Below are positions 11,201-20,330 of a stretch of DNA of 64,000 nucleotides, piece after piece. The DNA is from Amphiscolops sp. MND2022. Taxonomy: Eukaryota. Under the pieces are notes generated by a model. The model was given only the letters and a program-made list of their open reading frames with translations, did not search any database and was not told where the DNA came from. The DNA is taken from the NCBI GenBank assembly GCA_964187785.1, contig OZ076409.1, positions 90,894,001 through 90,958,000 of the forward strand. The letters are read 5' to 3'. A program made the translations under genes and the position numbers. Position 1 is the first letter of the stretch; every line of letters begins with the position of its first letter.

Positions 11201-14003
11201 GAGTGTTGGTGGCGATTCCAATGTCATCTACGTACTGAGCGCATTTGTCCGCCTTTATGGCTTTGTCAAGATATTCCCTCATGAAACTGGAGAAGGACGA
11301 GAGTGAGCGGCTCAGGCCCTGGGCTAGCCTGAGGTACGCAAATGTCCTGCTGGCAAAGTTGAAGGCTAGGAGTTGCACTGATTTCTGGTCTGCCATTTGC
11401 AGCACGTGGTAAGCTTGTGAACAATCAAGCTTACAGAACAACTTTTTGCCAGCGAGGTGTTGCGCTGCGTCGGTCAATGTGCTGACGGGATGATTGTTGT
11501 TAATGTAGTCATCGGAGATTAGGTTGTTGATCTTCCTGAGGTCAACCAGGAGACGCAGGCGGCCATTTGGTTTCCGTTGGGCGAAGATGGGACTAGCATA
11601 CTTGCTGAACGGGAGGGTGGTGATGATCCCGAAGTAATGCATTAGTGCCAACTCGACTGTCAGATCCTCTTTCAGGTTAATGGGGCACGGCAAGCTCTGT
11701 GAATAGACGGGGTCGTCTGTTTTTGGGGTGAGCTTGATTTTAAAGTCGTGGTTGATTCCGATGTCTAGTCGGTGCCTCGCGAAAATGTCATTGAACTCTA
11801 TCAGGATTTCCTCAATGTCTTTCTGGTCATTTTCTGTTAACTGGGAATCATCCCATTTAAAGTTTTTGAGGAATGCCTCTCGGTCTTCAGTATTGTTATT
11901 GGGGTCCAGTTTCTGGATCTCTTCCAGTTCCTTGATTTCCCTCAGTATTCTGCTTTGAATCGGCGTGTGGGTACTAGGGTCGCCAGGATTGTCCGGTGTA
12001 GGAAACCAAAAGTTTTGGTTGTTTGATGGTTTTTCTGAGGTTTTCAGAAGCTCATTGATGTACACTAGCGCTTCTTCGGAGTCGTCTTCGGTCAGCACTT
12101 TAAGTGCTGCTGTGTTTAGTGGTCTGAGTTCTTTGGCCTCTTCCGGGGACAGGGTTTTGAACTCGGCGATTGTGGTGTTGCGTTTAATAGTGAAAGGTGT
12201 AGGGGTGGTGTTGGTGACTCTGATGTCGATTTTCATGTTGGAAGCTGTTGAGATGGAGCTGGCTACTACTAGGGGGTCACCACTACAATGGTTGGTAGCT
12301 GGGTTTATGACACCGGTTGTGTCAACGTTTGATGGTGTGTCTGTGGAGCCCGTGATTGTTTGTGTCGTTTCCGGGGGAATCGTGAGTGGGTTCTTGATCT
12401 GTACTTTATACAATTTCCTGTTACGTGTATATTCATCAGTTTCGATTGAATATGTGAGGTGGGGGAAGTGTAACAGGCCTTGGCTCACGTCCAGGATTGC
12501 GCTATTGTTTTTGAGGAATGTAAGGCCAAGTATCGGGCCAGTCAGGCGTTTGGCCACGATAAAGGTTTCTTTGAAATTCCAGTCTCCGATCTCGAATTGG
12601 AGGATGATTGTTTTGGTAGGTGTCTCAATGTCGCCGTTTGCGACTTGAAGTTTGAAGGGGGGAGGTTCCAATTCTTTGACTACATCTTTGGGGGACATTT
12701 GGATGATTTTGTTGTAATCTGTTTCAGAGATGCAGTTTACGAGAGCGCCAGAATCGATGAGGGCGTCCAGGGTCAAGTCCTGGAAATCCATGGGTGCGAA
12801 GAGCATTTTCTTCTTCTTTTTAAGTGATACCGCTGAGAAGATTGGTATGCACTCTTCTTTGGTGATGGGGTCTCTCGTGAGGAATTCCGCAATCTGGGCC
12901 AGGGGGTAGGACTGGGGTTCGTCCTGGGATGGTGAGTCGTCTGCTACACCTGGGGGGAATCCAGATTGCGTGTTAGTTGCGGCAGAGGTGAGGGGTCGAG
13001 GGTCCTCGACTTCGTTTTCGGTCTGCCTGCTTGAGAGAGAGGGGTAGACGTTGGTTTCTCTGGTTGGGCTTTCGTTATTCCTCGGATATTCTGCAGTCTG
13101 CTGGGGGAGGTAGGACCTGGGAGTGTCCTGTTGTGGTGCGCCGTTTGCGGCACCTGAGGGCGATCCAGACTGCATGTTGGTTACGTCAGCTATGATGTGT
13201 CGATCAAAGTCGGTGTCATCTTCTAGCTGGCTATTGAGGATGGGGTGTGAGACCTGGGTCTCGCTGAGAGTTGGTGGCTCCAAGAGTAGGGATCTCTTGA
13301 TGCGTTTTGTTGTGGGTTTGGAGGTGATTGTCTCCGGATTGTGTGTATTTTGGGCTAGGTCCACGGCTTCGTTCGTGGTCCTGTGGGCGATGTCTTTGTG
13401 TTGGTGGCTATCTGGTGCCACGTCCATTGTTGGGGATCGGATGGTACCGGCTCTAATAGGGTTTGTTGACTGTTCCCTTGATGGAGAATGGGGAGCAGTG
13501 GCATGTGATCCTTGGTTTTTGAGTATGGGTCTGAGATTGTCTTGTGGGAGATCAACTATGATCTTTGTCACATGTTCCGCGTCCTGGTCGTAATTGGGGA
13601 TGGGTTGGACGGTTTTGGACCTGTGGCGTGGCTCGGTGGAAATGTTCATCCCTGTTTTTCTGATATACTCTTCAAATGGCGTGCATTCCTGGTGTTTGAA
13701 GGTTAGTGTTGTTTTGTCGTATAGTTGAGGGTTATAGTAGGGGTCGCAGTTGAAGTCCGAGTCGTGAAAGTATGTTTCAGGGGTAGTGCTTTCTGGTAGG
13801 GGTCGTTTGGGAGTATTGTACTCAGTCGGGTTGTCGAGGTACCACTGGGGGTAGTCCTTCTTTGTGATGTGTCGACGGTTGTATTTATGGAGCTTATGGA
13901 TCTGCCATCTTCGCTGCCAGTCGAGAGATGGTTCTTCATTTCGCTCAGTGTTTCCTTCTTTGTCATATGAATTTGGGGGTTCAGATGTTGTGTACTGTCG
14001 CAT
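8268..14003 (-). CDS. pol: Pol polyprotein: protease, reverse transcriptase, RNase H, integrase
   Basis: 1,911-aa uninterrupted ORF with ALIDSGA (PR), LVDLRKIN and QYVDD (RT), MTDAS (RNase H), H-H-CPEC zinc finger, LQMD..TDKG..ERTH (IN core) and WTGPY (GPY/F motif). Confidence 0.97.
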   Translation of the reverse strand: MRQYTTSEPPNSYDKEGNTERNEEPSLDWQRRWQIHKLHKYNRRHITKKDYPQWYLDNPTEYNTPKRPLPESTTPETYFHDSDFNCDPYYNPQLYDKTTLTFKHQECTPFEEYIRKTGMNISTEPRHRSKTVQPIPNYDQDAEHVTKIIVDLPQDNLRPILKNQGSHATAPHSPSREQSTNPIRAGTIRSPTMDVAPDSHQHKDIAHRTTNEAVDLAQNTHNPETITSKPTTKRIKRSLLLEPPTLSETQVSHPILNSQLEDDTDFDRHIIADVTNMQSGSPSGAANGAPQQDTPRSYLPQQTAEYPRNNESPTRETNVYPSLSSRQTENEVEDPRPLTSAATNTQSGFPPGVADDSPSQDEPQSYPLAQIAEFLTRDPITKEECIPIFSAVSLKKKKKMLFAPMDFQDLTLDALIDSGALVNCISETDYNKIIQMSPKDVVKELEPPPFKLQVANGDIETPTKTIILQFEIGDWNFKETFIVAKRLTGPILGLTFLKNNSAILDVSQGLLHFPHLTYSIETDEYTRNRKLYKVQIKNPLTIPPETTQTITGSTDTPSNVDTTGVINPATNHCSGDPLVVASSISTASNMKIDIRVTNTTPTPFTIKRNTTIAEFKTLSPEEAKELRPLNTAALKVLTEDDSEEALVYINELLKTSEKPSNNQNFWFPTPDNPGDPSTHTPIQSRILREIKELEEIQKLDPNNNTEDREAFLKNFKWDDSQLTENDQKDIEEILIEFNDIFARHRLDIGINHDFKIKLTPKTDDPVYSQSLPCPINLKEDLTVELALMHYFGIITTLPFSKYASPIFAQRKPNGRLRLLVDLRKINNLISDDYINNNHPVSTLTDAAQHLAGKKLFCKLDCSQAYHVLQMADQKSVQLLAFNFASRTFAYLRLAQGLSRSLSSFSSFMREYLDKAIKADKCAQYVDDIGIATNTPEELKNNLREVFQCIRAAGLRLTMAKCQFGAKEVEFLGRTISPAGVAPQSHKIQKHLQTIKFPRTKKGLQRYIGFVNYYRNYIPRLSEKIAPFHELIKSDKPVKIDQDLISNFEAINKSLDNACGLWLKQPLPNRQYVLMTDASFKNAGYALMTEEDPEQKITSTKKTYAPVAFGSKTFSPSQLKMSIYAKEFLAIYFAFMEYSHILWGSSKPTIVLTDNKSVTRFFQTKMIPPSLWNACDFVLQFHFKIAHVPGRMNTAADFLSRLDISPKEKVLLQIREDIQTTPIQVNIQSSDIHEEDQFYFLPEDDSETEEDIWERKQQARKQIYSPYKKSTDPMNETDQTISQPENLPLVCNNIQDPEQEQRRLLHNDTSFPRSLRPHQDQDPVLRNLKLKILKEPYDTQLLNDDPRAAKYLTQDDRIIIKDGLLYRQYFGDTGKVKYLQVLLTQQLVDEFIQHHHGKFGKHPGIAKTIQQCREKYYFPGLAARIATHITQCPECAQTKRTPNANITPPLIDMSKVALGPEDALQMDIVPFDDPSGGYTAVITAMDVFSRYLFAYSVARVDTKTVTRVLTDIITRHCYLPTTIITDKGSQFISEAMQQTTAVLGIQLKHATTKHAQTIGILERTHASLKESLKIMTGERRTMWHQFLPMAVLNYNTSYHTSLGCEPSRVFHGRVPYNVLDLKYGIKPQASSTINHEIAEGVLKQTQQILNNSQQALMQAYVRHKRYYDRKASAHPLVVNDYCYALHPKAHSQATKLPFRDYLWTGPYIVVKTLPNNNYLIRKLQTNFTQILHRIRLRPFASSQKLPDITVPPKDYQQDTEVTIQHDDLFAMAWEELYNECPPQPENKQSPEPEIILPTPVTDNAPTHPEPPSPNLAYEPEPTPTYPSDQAQDPTVDLDDIPEENTDTPKSPRKSQYNLRRNPTSNWKPDYAYYNALTANSTSPAQSTGSLDDDPEFQVLADLGPDGSPRSEN

Positions 14004-14038
14004 TTCGACAGTCTCCCCAAATCGAAGATGTGGCGATT

Positions 14039-15526
14039 CTAGTTTTTTGAGTGGCTGAGGTTCTGACTTAAGTTTTGGGGTTGAGTAGTCTGCGGGAGCA
14101 TGGGTGGGTAGCCCGTTTGGCTATGTGTTTGGTTTTCGTATGTTTGCTGGTGGGTTGATGGGTTGTCCGAGGGGTATTGACCTTGGGCATTTTGTGGCAA
14201 CGGGATGTTATTCGGGGGAGTTGTCTTAGGTGTCTTCCACCATTGGGGTCTATTTGCCCAGTTGGCTCCGGAATAACACTCTTGGGTCGTATGGCTTTTC
14301 TTGCCACAGGTTTCACATGGATTTGTGATTTTGGTTGGTACCCGGTTGCCTCGGTTGCGGGCTTCCCGAGCTGTTTTCCGGCAGTTCTTTATTACATGGC
14401 CTGAGTGGCCACATCCAAAGCACGGGCCTGCCGGTTTGGGTGGATTGGCGGTTTGTTGTGGGATGTCTTGTACATCGATTTGGTGTACTCCCGTTATGTT
14501 TGTTTCGCTTGGGGCTAGGAGTCCGTTTAACTCCATCTCGCGTTCCAGGTGTTGGACCATGAGGTCGTACGACTCTGTCTCTAGTCTTGCCTGGTTGAGG
14601 ACTCGTTTTAAATGGGCTGGCATTTTTGCATAGAATGAGGTTTCTATGAACTTTGGGGCGTCATCGCCATATGCCTCCTGTGCCAATTTTTGATACTGCT
14701 CCAAGAAATCTTGGAAGGTTTGGCGAGTAGGGTCAAAGTAAAGTTGTTCCCACTTACATCTTGCTGTAGCTATCGATTGTGGGCGTACATACCGTCTGCG
14801 AAAAGCGGCGATGATGTCATCTAGACTGGTGCGGTTTGCATCTGTCATGTTGCGATAGGTTTGGAGTGCATCGCCTCTCAGGAGGGAGTGGAAGTAGTGG
14901 ATTTGCTCCTCTTCTGAGATGTTTGGGTAGACTTTGAGGCTCGTCATAAACAGATCTTCGAAATGCTCGAACTTGTCATTGCGGCCGTCGAACGTTGGCA
15001 TAGTCGTTGAGAGTGCCTTTGGTAGTCTGGGCAATCCCGCGTTCTGTTGTGTGGCATTTTTTAAGGATTCGAGTAGTTTGTCTACGATATCGTCTGGATA
15101 TCTCATGTTGGGCGGCGGTAGACTTGATGACCGGGCGGGTATGTCCTGGGTTGTGGTAACTCCTGTCACCATGTGTTGACCGTGATTTAGCCGTAAATCA
15201 TTCGGTTCAACTGTTCCGGGTCTAAAATACGTATTCTCCAAGTCTTCATCATCGGGATCGTGGTGTGCGTTGTAGGACGGGTTTTCTGCTAGAGTGTCTA
15301 TCTTGGAGGCTAGATTCTCTATCATTTTCAAAATCTCACGTTGTCCGATTTCCGTGTCCTTAATTCTTTTGCTGACGGACTTTTCTATCTTTTCGGATAA
15401 CTCGTTGAAATCCTTGTCAGACAAGCAAGGAGTATTCTCAGTCCTCATGCTGGAAGACTCAGGTTCGTCTGCTGAATTCACTGGGGAATCTCGCCTAGCT
15501 TTCCTTTTCGAGCTTCTCTCGGGCAT
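14039..15526 (-). CDS. gag: Gag protein with two CCHC zinc knuckles; begins inside the 5' LTR
   Basis: First ATG (MPERSSKRK) at 15526. Capsid-like core MPTFDG...FEDLF...LLRGDALQTY. Knuckles CFGCGHSGHVIKNC and CETCGKKSHTTQEC. Confidence 0.92.
   Translation of the reverse strand: MPERSSKRKARRDSPVNSADEPESSSMRTENTPCLSDKDFNELSEKIEKSVSKRIKDTEIGQREILKMIENLASKIDTLAENPSYNAHHDPDDEDLENTYFRPGTVEPNDLRLNHGQHMVTGVTTTQDIPARSSSLPPPNMRYPDDIVDKLLESLKNATQQNAGLPRLPKALSTTMPTFDGRNDKFEHFEDLFMTSLKVYPNISEEEQIHYFHSLLRGDALQTYRNMTDANRTSLDDIIAAFRRRYVRPQSIATARCKWEQLYFDPTRQTFQDFLEQYQKLAQEAYGDDAPKFIETSFYAKMPAHLKRVLNQARLETESYDLMVQHLEREMELNGLLAPSETNITGVHQIDVQDIPQQTANPPKPAGPCFGCGHSGHVIKNCRKTAREARNRGNRVPTKITNPCETCGKKSHTTQECYSGANWANRPQWWKTPKTTPPNNIPLPQNAQGQYPSDNPSTHQQTYENQTHSQTGYPPMLPQTTQPQNLSQNLSHSKN
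14042..14048 (-). promoter_or_regulatory. -1 programmed ribosomal frameshift heptamer A AAA AAC
   Basis: Gag ends TCA AAA AAC TAG. The -1 frame continues CTA GAA TCG CCA CAT CTT CGA TTT GGG GAG ACT GTC GAA ATG with no stop into pol. A downstream stem is possible. Confidence 0.8.
15159..15171 (-). promoter_or_regulatory. Primer binding site (tRNA 3' end complement, possibly tRNA-Leu)
   Basis: Minus strand reads TGGTGACAGGAGT immediately after the LTR terminal CA; its complement ends in CCA. The tRNA identity is a guess from the ...ACUCCUG.. 3' acceptor pattern. Confidence 0.8.
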
Positions 15527-17064
15527 TTTGTTCAAGTTTAAATTCTCAATTTTCTTTAGAAGAAATCTAAGTAGAATCTTGAGCAGAGGAATTTGAAGTT
15601 TTGAAACTTTCAATTATTTTCAACAAAAGACAATTGCTTGCGATAAACAACAAAATTTTAACTAAATATGGCCTCTTGGTCCCATCATATTTATACCTTC
15701 CGATAGAGGAAGCAAGGAAAAGACACGCACATACTTCACATTTCGTTCAGCCCGGCGTCCATCCGAGGCAGGGAAACCGGAAATTCAGTTCCGCTTAGTC
15801 GAACTCAGGCTTTCAGTTTGTTCATGCTTCCCGGGGAAAGCAAGCGTCCACTTCCGGCCTGAGTTGCGACTTCGCTTTCCTTCCTCTCCAATCTCCCGCC
15901 TCTTCGAGACGCCGAACTGAACAACTAGCAAAAACACACGCTGTGACTCATCAAACGAAGTTAACAAACTGCACTAAATTTGGGAAGAAACGATGACAGT
16001 CAAATTCCTTTTACAGATATTCTCTAATTAAAATAAATTAGCAACAAAATGAGAGAAATTAAATGGAAAAAGTATGATAAACTGCAAAAGGGAGAGTAGA
16101 GTCTTTTCTACGGTGTATTTGGTGATGTTTTAAATAAAACGGCAAAGCCTGGTCCCAGGCCATGGTCCTGGACGGACAAATTGGTTCAACAAAATACAGT
16201 GATTATAAACAGTGCACAGCATCAGAGACATTATTTTATGGAATAATAAATGCAATTAAACGGTAACGTGTTTAGAAAATGGTATATGCATGCAATTAAC
16301 CCTTGGTTTGCATTTTGACATTGAGCCTTTGGCTCAGGCCACGGTTCAGGCTTATTTACTGATTAGACGCCATTTACATGTAAAAGTACATTATATGTAA
16401 TATTCCAATCAACAGTATTATTTAGGATCATCAGTGATGGCTATTAGAGTTATTTCGAAACAAAGTTACATGTTAGCATCGACACTTTCTAATTTTACGG
16501 ACAGTTCGCTGTATTTTCATTCTCAGGCCGCGTCTCAGGCCGCGGTCCCAAATATTGTAATGAATTGGCGCGGGAATCTCAATTATTGGTATATATACAA
16601 AACTGCACTGTCGATGAAGCACTGCATTAGCCATTAGTTTGTATACATGTATTCACTGTAAGGGAATGCTTGTGTATTGGTTTACAAATCTCAGGCCGCC
16701 TGCCAGGCCACCGTTTTAGTGAGCGCATTTGAGGCCGGCCGCCAGGCCGCAGTTCCGTTCAAGAATTAATTGACTGCTTGTCAGGTTGAGTGTTTTACGT
16801 AGTATTGATATTAGCACTATATTATTAACATTATTAACTGCACTTTAGCTCCGTTATTCGTAAGTACGTATTTAAATAAGTGTACATTAATATAGTAATA
16901 TTAATATATATGTTTATTTATTTAATTGTTTCAAATTTAGCGCCTCTGTTTCTAATTGTCCCTTTGTTGTTTCTTTCTTGTTCTTTCCTCTCTTTTCCCA
17001 ATTTATTCTTTGAAGACTGGGTTACACATGTTGCAATACTCACAGCTTATGCGGGGCTGTGACA
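15172..17064 (-). repeat. 5' LTR (1,893 bp)
   Basis: Matches 1542-3434 at a constant offset of 13,630. ORF-track translations lying wholly within the two copies are identical. Followed on the minus strand by a TGG PBS. Confidence 0.97.
15689..15695 (-). promoter_or_regulatory. Candidate LTR TATA box
   Basis: TATAAAT on the minus strand about 165 bp upstream of the first gag ATG; same motif at 2059-2065 in the other LTR. Confidence 0.45.
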
Positions 17065-17245
17065 AGTACCATGTTCCAGCAACGCATGTGAACTCACGGG
17101 AGTATTTGAAAATCATATCCACTTTGAATCTGCTTCACAGTGAATTGCTTGAAGATTACGCGACTTCACAGTGAATTTCAACAACGTTGTAAACTACTAA
17201 AATGATCCTTGAGATGTGACAAGAAATTGCGAACAAGAACCAATT

Positions 17246-18237
17246 AAGTCTGACCACGGAGAAACACATTGATAAAACTGAAATTGTACATTTCCTCAAT
17301 TGCAAGGACGAAAATTTTTTCGATGGGACAGAATGAAATCACCTGTATGAAATATGTGAACTTCTTGAGTTTTCTACGTTTTTCAAGCCAAAGAAACATG
17401 TTAACAAAGTGAGTCGGTAGATATATCTAAAAGTATATACCCCGTTGCATTTAAAAGGAAAATGTATAAAGAAATCGGTAACTAAAAAATGCTTCCTTAT
17501 AATTTCTTTAAAAGATCACAGGTCCGGACATCCTGGGGATATCTATATCTTTCATACATTTTCTGGTCTGTAATGTAGTGGAGAAATTAGTAATGTTTTC
17601 TTTGCACAAACTGTAGAGGCCTTACAAATTGGAAATTGTCACTTGCTAAAAGCTCTTCTACTCGATGAAAACCTCACCTTATATTCCAGCTGCAACGAGT
17701 AGCAAGTAGGTTAGCTAGGCACGTATCCCTACTAAAATTATCCTTGACATGTGAAAAGAAAATTACAAATAAAAATCACTCAAAAGTCTGAACACAGAGA
17801 AACTCAACTTGTTCATTTCCTCAATGGTAAGGACAAACAATTTTCTACTGGACACATTGAAATAACCTGCACGAAGTATGTGAAATTCTTGGGTATTTTT
17901 GTAGGCGCAAGAAATTTTTCAGTCAGTTGAGTTGATAGATAAATTTATATACTTCGTTGCATTTAGAAATCAGCAAGAAATTAGTAATATGAAAAGTGCT
18001 TCCCTTTAAATCTTGAAAAAAAAGAACGAAGGTCTGGACATTGTAGGGCATCTGTATATGTCATAAGCTTAGTCTGGTCTTTGAGAAATTATTAATGAGC
18101 ATCGCGTTCTTTGCACAAACTGTGAAGTCCCTCCAAAATTGGAAATTATCACTAGATGATGTGTTTTACTCGAATAAAAACTCACTTATGTTTTTCTCCT
18201 CCAACGAATAACAAAGGGGTTAGCTAGGCACGTACCC
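17246..18237. repeat. Old diverged tandem duplication (~0.52-kb unit x2)
   Basis: Shared anchors AAGTCTGA..AGAAAC, CATTTCCTCAAT, TCTTTGCACAAACTGT and GGTTAGCTAGGCACGTA recur about 510-540 bp apart. Confidence 0.7.
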
Positions 18238-19559
18238 ATAAGTACATGCACGTGCCCACAGCATAGACACTTTTGTAATAGTTCTATCGTGATAAAAAAT
18301 ATATAACACCTATATAGAACCTACGACACAGTATGAAAATTTGAAAATTTGCTCTATGGTTTCATTAAACAAGCCGGGAACGGCAAAAGTCGGCGCCATA
18401 TCTAAGGCTCAAAAATACCCAAACGACATAAAAGTCTCAGAAAACTCAAAGTATCAAACTCACAAAAAGTGTATCAAACTCACAAAAACCTAAACGACCG
18501 AACTGCCGCGCTCAAAGGGGGAACCTTTCAGTTAACGTGGAACTCGAATGGAATTTGTCAAAGATGTAGAGGATTAAAACGTATTATACAGTATGATGAT
18601 TTGAAGTGTTTTTTAGAACGTGTATCTTTTCTCAAGGCTCTGTGGCAACTGGCGCTAGCATAATAATCTTAAGCTAGACTTTTGACAGGTAGTGTTGATA
18701 CATATTTACATTTGACAACTTTAACAATTTCATGACTTCAATAACATCTACCACAATCCCCGTTTTGGGAGAATTTGGACATCAATTATTTCTCACTTTT
18801 TACAACAGGTTCTTCACTAATGAAATTAACAAACAGAGTTAATACTGGTAATACAGGTAAACACAATTTGTAGGGGTTTATTGTTTCAGTGTAAGTTTAA
18901 TTCCTTCATGTTTCAGTCTAGTTGTCTGACTCCGTATCCAGTTGAATCAGATCAATCCCATATCGTTTTGTGGGCATTCGGACTCTCTCCGATATTCTCT
19001 TGATGGGTTCTTGCGGCTTCTCCTCTACTTCCCATTTCTATGTAGCCTTTATGTGGCAAGTCGCTTTCTCGGGGTTCTGCGCTTTCCCCGTCTTTTCGTC
19101 TGGGGTACCTCTCTGCTCCTCCCCCTTCTTTCTGCTGATTTCCTCTTCAGTGCTGCTTGCTTTCATGTCAACTACGGGGGGCCTCGCCTCTTCCTCGCTG
19201 TTCATCTCGAATGCCACTGTTGCAAACTAAAGGGCCGTTTTCTTCTGGCTCTTTTTTCGCTCTTTCTTGCACCCAGTGCTGTCCGAATCTGATGTGGTCT
19301 CGGTTCTTGCTCTTTTCTTTTTTTTGCCTGGTTCGTTACTGATGTTGTGGAACCTTTCCTTTTGCGCTTCTGTTGCGATGGCCACATCTCGCTTCGGATA
19401 CAATTTCGGTTTCCTTGATCCCTCAGGCAGCAGTGTTATTATGTGTGCAGATTCTTTAGGTTTTCTTCCGGCTTTTTTGTCAAAGGTACCTTGCAGTTTT
19501 GTTCCTGTAGCCCTCTCTCTGACCAGGACTGTGGAATCTAGCTCGTGTTGGAAGTCAGA

Positions 19560-20330
19560 ATTGTCAAATTAAAGGTCCGTGTCCTGATCCTAAATATCCA
19601 AAAGTTTTGAGACTATGTTGAACTTCACCGTGTTAGGTTCCCTTCCCCACTGTTTTTCGAAGGGCCAACCACCGTCCTTCTTTTTGCTTATGCGTAGCGC
19701 GTACAAAAATTCCGACAATCCTGACTGGTCCTTTGTTACTATTATTTGTTTATTCGTTCGCAAGCGTTCATTGATCGTTCTTATGAGTCGTTCAATTTGT
19801 CATTTCCCCGATGGTCACGCACCGGGCACGTTACATGTTCTATTCCAAATTGTCTACAAAACCGGGCGAATTCTTCACTTACAAACACTGTGCCGGGATG
19901 TGTTCTTATTTCCTTTGGGATTCCAAATTGAGCAATGTATTGTTTCGAAAATTCAGTTTTTTTCGTAGTCGGGCAACGTGAGAATTTTGCGTCCGACCAT
20001 CCCGAAAAATGATCGATTGTTACAAGAAGTATTTATTTGCTTCCCTCGCATTTTGAAAGGGGCCGGAAAAAGCTAATGCTTTTTCCTCATTTTGCTCCTT
20101 TGTTTTAAAGATTTTTCTTTTTGGCTTTGAATACTTTTTAATTTCTTACCTGATTGTAAGCATTGCTCACAAAGGCGCTCTTTTGTTGTAACGCAGCACA
20201 GGGTTGCCATCTATAACAATAAGGATGCTCGGTTGCCTCAGGAAATACCTTATGACCCCTTCCGTCACCCAAGTCAAAAGACCCAACTGAAGTTCCAATG
20301 ACAGGCCTAACTCAGCCGCAAGCTCATTCG
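19560..20330 (-). pseudogene. Decayed Gypsy integrase remnant
   Basis: Minus-strand pieces CEQCLQSGK, QFGIPKEIRTHPGTVFVSEEFARFCRQFGIEHVTCPVRDHRG and ERLRTNKQIIVTKDQSGLSEFLYALR, broken by frameshifts. Confidence 0.75.

Larger units (their letters stand above)
1542..17064 (-). mobile_element. Full-length Ty3/Gypsy LTR retrotransposon (15,523 bp) with cargo genes
   Basis: Direct repeats 1542-3434 and 15172-17064, both TG...CA. Flanked by AGTAC at 1537-1541 and 17065-17069 (5-bp TSD). Gag and PR-RT-RH-IN pol on the minus strand; integrase after RNase H is the Gypsy order. Confidence 0.97.

Noticed and set aside
8723..15179. Many short overlapping ORFs within gag-pol
   Set aside because: Shadow ORFs of a long coding region, with no motifs and mostly non-ATG starts.
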